This document shows positions 59,975-64,000 of a stretch of DNA of 64,000 nt, piece after piece. The translations under genes were made by a program, and so were the position numbers. The notes under the pieces are model-generated. The model searched no databases. It saw nothing but the letters and a program-made list of their open reading frames with translations, and was not told the origin of the DNA. The first letter of the stretch is position 1, and each line of letters begins with the position of its first letter. Source of the stretch: Smithella sp. PtaU1.Bin162 (GTDB taxonomy: Bacteria > Desulfobacterota > Syntrophia > Syntrophales > Smithellaceae); the NCBI GenBank assembly GCA_002068015.1, contig MVRV01000039.1:755-64754 (forward strand), read 5' to 3'.

Positions 59975-60796
59975 ATGAGCAAAAAGATTAATGTGCTGTA
60001 TTTCAGTGCAACGGGAACAACTGAAAAAATCGTTACCGGAATTGCCGGGAAAATCACCAAGGACTTTAACGGGACAACTGCGATCAGTAATTTTAATTTT
60101 ACATTGCCGGAAGGGAGAAAGCAGGCTGTTTCTTTCACGAAAGATGATGTCGTCGTTGTTGGTGTTCCGGTTTATGCCGGCCGTGTGCCCAATGTATTGC
60201 TGAAATACTTAAATACGATTTCCGGAAATGGAGCATTGGCGATTGCCGTCGTTGTTTACGGAAACCGGCATTATGATGATGCCTTGATCGAACTGAAAGA
60301 TATTTTGGAAGCGGACGGCTTTAAAGTTGTCGCCGGAGGTGCCTTTGTCGGAGAGCATTCGTTTTCCAAAATAATGGGCGGCAAAAGACCGGATGAAAAA
60401 GATATGGCCGCAGCCGCCGATTTTGCCGATAAGATATACGATAAGATAAAGGTGACAGGTGAAATTTCCGGCGTTGCGGTCAAAGGGAATAAACCTTACA
60501 GAGACTACTACAAACCCAGGGACAAGAACGGCAACCTTGTTGATTTTCGGAAGATCATCCCCAAAACGAACGATGATTGTATTGACTGCAAGCTTTGCGC
60601 TGAGATCTGTCCCCTGGGGTCGATCGATGCGGAGGAAGTTTCCAAGATAATCGGCATCTGCATTAAATGCTGTGCCTGCATCAAGAGATGTCCCGTGGAG
60701 GCGAAATATTTTGATGACGAGAATTATTTAAAGCATAAAAATGAATTAGAGGCCGCATATACGGAACCAAGAAGAGAACCGGAAGTTTTCGCGTAA
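59975..60796 (+). CDS. Flavodoxin-like domain fused to a 2x[4Fe-4S] ferredoxin domain (EFR1-like)
   Basis: N-terminus VLYFSATGTTEKI. C-terminus CIDCKLCAEICP and CIKCCACIKRCP. Confidence 0.75.
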   Translation: MSKKINVLYFSATGTTEKIVTGIAGKITKDFNGTTAISNFNFTLPEGRKQAVSFTKDDVVVVGVPVYAGRVPNVLLKYLNTISGNGALAIAVVVYGNRHYDDALIELKDILEADGFKVVAGGAFVGEHSFSKIMGGKRPDEKDMAAAADFADKIYDKIKVTGEISGVAVKGNKPYRDYYKPRDKNGNLVDFRKIIPKTNDDCIDCKLCAEICPLGSIDAEEVSKIIGICIKCCACIKRCPVEAKYFDDENYLKHKNELEAAYTEPRREPEVFA

Positions 60797-60870
60797 GAAC
60801 ATATGGAAAAAGTTCAAAAACCACCTTATTACAGAGAATCGGCAATTAAGGATAAAGCGGAGACAGAACA

Positions 60871-61383
60871 ATGACAACACTTCCATCAGGACTGGAGCGC
60901 TTGAACATGCCGGAAAAGCGCATCGCCGAACTTCTTGATGAAACTCAATGGGCCAGGGATTTTTCCTGGAATCAGATTGTCAGCTTGAGCGGATATTTTA
61001 AGGTATACCGCGCGGCTAAGAGTACCGAAATATTTCATGAAGGGCAGCCGGAGCACAGTCTGGGTATTATCATCAAGGGTGAAATTGATATTTTAAAAAA
61101 CGATGTTAAACAAAAGGCAACAGCCTTGGCGCGGCTGAGAGCGGGGCAGACTTTCGGAGAGATGTCGCTTATCGACGACGAACCGCGATCGGCCAATGCC
61201 GTGGCCGTAACCGAAGTTACTTTTCTGCTTATCAGCCGGGATGATTTTGTCCGGCTCAGCCGGGAAAAAGCGCCGCTCGCCTTCGTATTTCTCTGGAAAA
61301 TATCGCGGCTTTTAAGTCAGCGGCTCCGGCGGACAAGCGGACAGCTGATAGAATATTTAAGCAGCGCGACGCCGGAAGAATGA
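60871..61383 (+). CDS. Cyclic nucleotide-binding domain protein (stand-alone)
   Basis: cNMP-binding motif FGEMSLIDDEPRSANAVA. 170 aa with no output domain. Confidence 0.8.
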   Translation: MTTLPSGLERLNMPEKRIAELLDETQWARDFSWNQIVSLSGYFKVYRAAKSTEIFHEGQPEHSLGIIIKGEIDILKNDVKQKATALARLRAGQTFGEMSLIDDEPRSANAVAVTEVTFLLISRDDFVRLSREKAPLAFVFLWKISRLLSQRLRRTSGQLIEYLSSATPEE

Positions 61384-61479
61384 ACATTTCCGGCCGTTTT
61401 GCTTCTTGATGTTCCGGCGCAAAAGATTATCGAATCTTAGCGGGCGCAGCTGTAAGTGAATCCGCCGGTTAATCTTTCA

Positions 61480-61508
61480 TTGACATCAGGCGGCCGTTTC
61501 CTTATACT
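61480..61508 (+). promoter_or_regulatory. Strong sigma70-type promoter
   Basis: TTGACA (61480-61485), a 17-nt spacer, then TATACT (61503-61508). Confidence 0.5.
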
Positions 61509-61573
61509 TTCCTTAACTTGAGGAAGCTCTCCGCAAACGGTTATTCCCTGCACAGGAGTGTGAAATAAATGCC

Positions 61574-62080
61574 ATGAAAGTATTGAAAATGAAATTTGGT
61601 GGAAGTGGTGAAAAGGTGGATGCATTTGGGATACGTTTTTATGGAGATATGGACCAAAAATCGGAAAAACTCGGCACTATCAGCGAAATACGTTCCAGTG
61701 CCGACGATTCATCTGCGCTGAAGCATAAAAGAATTACTCTTTGGTTTATAATGGAACGAATTCGTCCTTATGAGAAAATATCCGATCTGCTTGCCATGCT
61801 GGTGAAGATATTAAAAAAAGAAAGATATGAGATCGTCTTTTCATCTGTTGACGAGCTTGTTGATACGTCCGCAGCTGAATACGCCGATAAACCGGAAAGC
61901 GAATTTCCTCCTTCCGATAGAATGCATGGCTATAACGCCAGCAGGGGTTTCTCTGTTACGGCGGAAAAGAACGATGACGCAACCAAGTTTTCCATTGAAG
62001 AAATAAGAACAATCCGGGATTTGGCTGTAAACTTCGGCTGGGTAGTTTATAAACGGCCGCTGGCTCACATACCCGGTTAA
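61574..62080 (+). CDS. Hypothetical protein
   Basis: 168-aa ORF downstream of the promoter above. I recognise no family. The start is uncertain. Confidence 0.4.
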   Translation: MKVLKMKFGGSGEKVDAFGIRFYGDMDQKSEKLGTISEIRSSADDSSALKHKRITLWFIMERIRPYEKISDLLAMLVKILKKERYEIVFSSVDELVDTSAAEYADKPESEFPPSDRMHGYNASRGFSVTAEKNDDATKFSIEEIRTIRDLAVNFGWVVYKRPLAHIPG

Positions 62081-62143
62081 AAAGATTGTAGGTTTAGCGG
62101 CAATCGGATTCATATCAGGTAAAAAATAATTAAGCAGCAAATT

Positions 62144-63991
62144 ATGCCGGGAAACACCGTTTTAAAAGAAAAAATGACCTCTGCGCCGCGCAGTCCGGGT
62201 GTCTATCTGATGAAAGATGGCCGGGGGAAAATCATTTATGTGGGTAAAGCCAATGATTTGAAAAGCCGGATCGCCTCGTATTTTACCGGCAAGGATACGC
62301 GGCCGATGGCGCCTTTTTTGATGTCGCGTGTTGCCGATATTGAATTTCTTACCACTTCCACGGAAAAAGAAGCGCTCATTTTAGAAAACAATCTTATCAA
62401 AAAGCACCATCCCCGCTATAACGTCATTCTGCGCGACGATAAAACCTATTATCATCTGTCCGTTAATCCGGCGGAGGAATTCCCGCGTCTGCAATTGGTG
62501 CGCAAGCGCGGAAATAATGCCGCTTTGTATTTCGGGCCTTATCCTTCAGGACTTGCGGCTCGGGAGACTCTGCGTTTTGTGCAGAGTATCTTTCCGCTGC
62601 GCACCTGCAGCAACATGAATTTTCAGCTGCGCACGAGACCATGTCTGGAATATCAAATCGGCCGGTGCCTTGCACCTTGCCGGGGTATGATTGACGGCGA
62701 GGCTTATGGAAAACTGGTCGGAGGTGCCGTTTCGTTCCTGGAGGGACGGCGTCGTGAACTGGTTGCCGATCTGCAAAAGCAAATGGAAGACGCAGCCGAG
62801 AGTCTGAATTACGAAGAAGCGGCACGTCTGCGCGACCGCATCGCCGCGCTCGAACATGCGCTGGAAAAGCAGCATGTGGATCTGGCTGCGGGAGGGGATC
62901 AGGATGTGGTAGGTATTTTTGCAGACAATGACATATATTCTCTTGCCCTTTTGTTTGTGCGATCCGGCAAGCTGCTGGGAGTTAAATCGTTTATTCCGGT
63001 AAAAAGCAAGGCAGCAATCCCCGAGGTGGTGTCGATGACGCTTGGTCAATATTACGATGCGGAAATCGTTGTCCCTGATGAAATACTGCTTCCCTGTGCC
63101 CTGCCTGACGGCGATGTAATTGCCGAGTGGCTTTCCGATAAAAAGAAGAAGAAAGTACAATTCACTTTGCCGCAGCGCGGTTCTAAAAAAGCACTGCTCG
63201 ATCTGGCCTGCGCCAATGCGCGGGAAGTTTTTAACTCGGCGAAGAATAAGGAAGAATCCAGAAAAATCGCCCTTTCCGTTCTTCAGGAAAAATTGGCCCT
63301 TGTCCGCCTCCCCAGGAAAATTGAGTGCTATGACATTTCCAACATCAGTGGCAGGTACGCCGTGGGTTCACAGGTAACCTTTCAAGACGGTGAACCGGAT
63401 AAGTCCGGATACCGCCGCTTCCGTATTAAAACTATGGATGAGCCGGATGATTACGGTATGATGAGAGAGGTGCTCATCCGGCGTTTTACCGGGAAGGAAG
63501 ATTTGCCCGATCTGGTCGTTGTCGACGGCGGCAAGGGGCAGCTCAATATCGCTCTTTCCGTTTTTCATGATTTGCAGCTTAAACTGGATGTCGTAGGTCT
63601 GGCCAAGGAAGAGAGCTCCTATTCCGCTGCAAAAAATCGATTGAAAGGCAGGACAGGCAGGACGGAAGACCGCGTTTATCTGCCCCGGCGCAAGGATGCG
63701 GTTTATCTTTCTTCAACACCGGCGGCGCTCGCGATTTTGCAACGTGTACGCGATGAAGCGCATCGCTTTGCCGTGAGTTATCATCGCCGGCTGAAAGAGC
63801 AAAACGATTTCGGTTCACAACTTGATGCAATTGCGGATATCGGTGCCGAACGCAGAAAAATACTGCTTAAACACTTCGGCTCTGTGCACCGGGTGAAAAA
63901 CGCCACGCTTGCCGATTTGCAAAATGTTCCGGGAATCGGCGGGAAACTTGCCGAAAAGATTTATTCTTCCTGGAGAAGCAAAAATGAGTAA
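62144..63991 (+). CDS. uvrC: Excinuclease ABC subunit C
   Basis: GIY-YIG N-terminus (GVYLMKD..IIYVGKA). UVR domain (YEEAARLRDRI). C-terminal HhH (IPGIG). Confidence 0.95.
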   Translation: MPGNTVLKEKMTSAPRSPGVYLMKDGRGKIIYVGKANDLKSRIASYFTGKDTRPMAPFLMSRVADIEFLTTSTEKEALILENNLIKKHHPRYNVILRDDKTYYHLSVNPAEEFPRLQLVRKRGNNAALYFGPYPSGLAARETLRFVQSIFPLRTCSNMNFQLRTRPCLEYQIGRCLAPCRGMIDGEAYGKLVGGAVSFLEGRRRELVADLQKQMEDAAESLNYEEAARLRDRIAALEHALEKQHVDLAAGGDQDVVGIFADNDIYSLALLFVRSGKLLGVKSFIPVKSKAAIPEVVSMTLGQYYDAEIVVPDEILLPCALPDGDVIAEWLSDKKKKKVQFTLPQRGSKKALLDLACANAREVFNSAKNKEESRKIALSVLQEKLALVRLPRKIECYDISNISGRYAVGSQVTFQDGEPDKSGYRRFRIKTMDEPDDYGMMREVLIRRFTGKEDLPDLVVVDGGKGQLNIALSVFHDLQLKLDVVGLAKEESSYSAAKNRLKGRTGRTEDRVYLPRRKDAVYLSSTPAALAILQRVRDEAHRFAVSYHRRLKEQNDFGSQLDAIADIGAERRKILLKHFGSVHRVKNATLADLQNVPGIGGKLAEKIYSSWRSKNE

Positions 63992-64000
63992 GAAAGTTTA

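Overview
This 64-kb chromosomal window looks like it comes from an anaerobic bacterium that uses selenocysteine. The gene content suggests a Desulfobacterota/Syntrophia-type organism, but that taxonomy is a guess. All calls rest on reading the ORF track and the DNA by eye; no searches were run.

Layout:
- 0-8.6 kb: fdhD, then a periplasmic formate dehydrogenase operon (Tat signal, selenocysteine; alpha, FeS and cytochrome b subunits), then molybdenum-cofactor genes (moaA, moaC, MOSC, mog).
- 8.8-15.9 kb: a TetR-headed acyl-CoA beta-oxidation-type cluster with an orphan solute-binding protein, crotonase, 3-hydroxyacyl-CoA dehydrogenase, thiolase and a family III CoA-transferase.
- 16-24 kb: a large Cache-HAMP-PAS hybrid histidine kinase, tRNA-Lys(UUU), purA, serA and serC.
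- 24-27.8 kb: small miscellaneous genes and a QueG-like corrinoid/FeS enzyme.
- 27.8-40.3 kb: the most interesting part. It holds a marR-hgcA-hgcB mercury-methylation operon, followed by three divergent or tandem operons, each headed by a Cys-decorated regulator.
  - A PadR operon with an ArsP-like permease that carries a loop with four Cys-Cys pairs.
  - An ArsR operon with a thioredoxin fusion, Acr3, a glutaredoxin-like protein and a HesB/IscA-like selenoprotein.
  - A second ArsR operon with a small thioredoxin, a DGC protein, a periplasmic thioredoxin, CcdA, a VKOR-DsbA fusion, DsbA and a second permease. It also contains a decayed arsC remnant.
- 40.3-45.5 kb: a sigma54-driven Spy/ZraP-like gene and an ABC/FtsX/LolA-like/beta-barrel cluster.
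- 45.6-64 kb: msrB, a ferritin-like protein, a PAS-adenylate cyclase, hemerythrin, radA, groES-groEL, an MFS transporter, a Ski2-like helicase, mgtE, uvrB, a flavodoxin-ferredoxin, a cNMP-binding protein and uvrC.

I saw no transposase, integrase, rRNA or CRISPR array. Several short intergenic repeat families are present.
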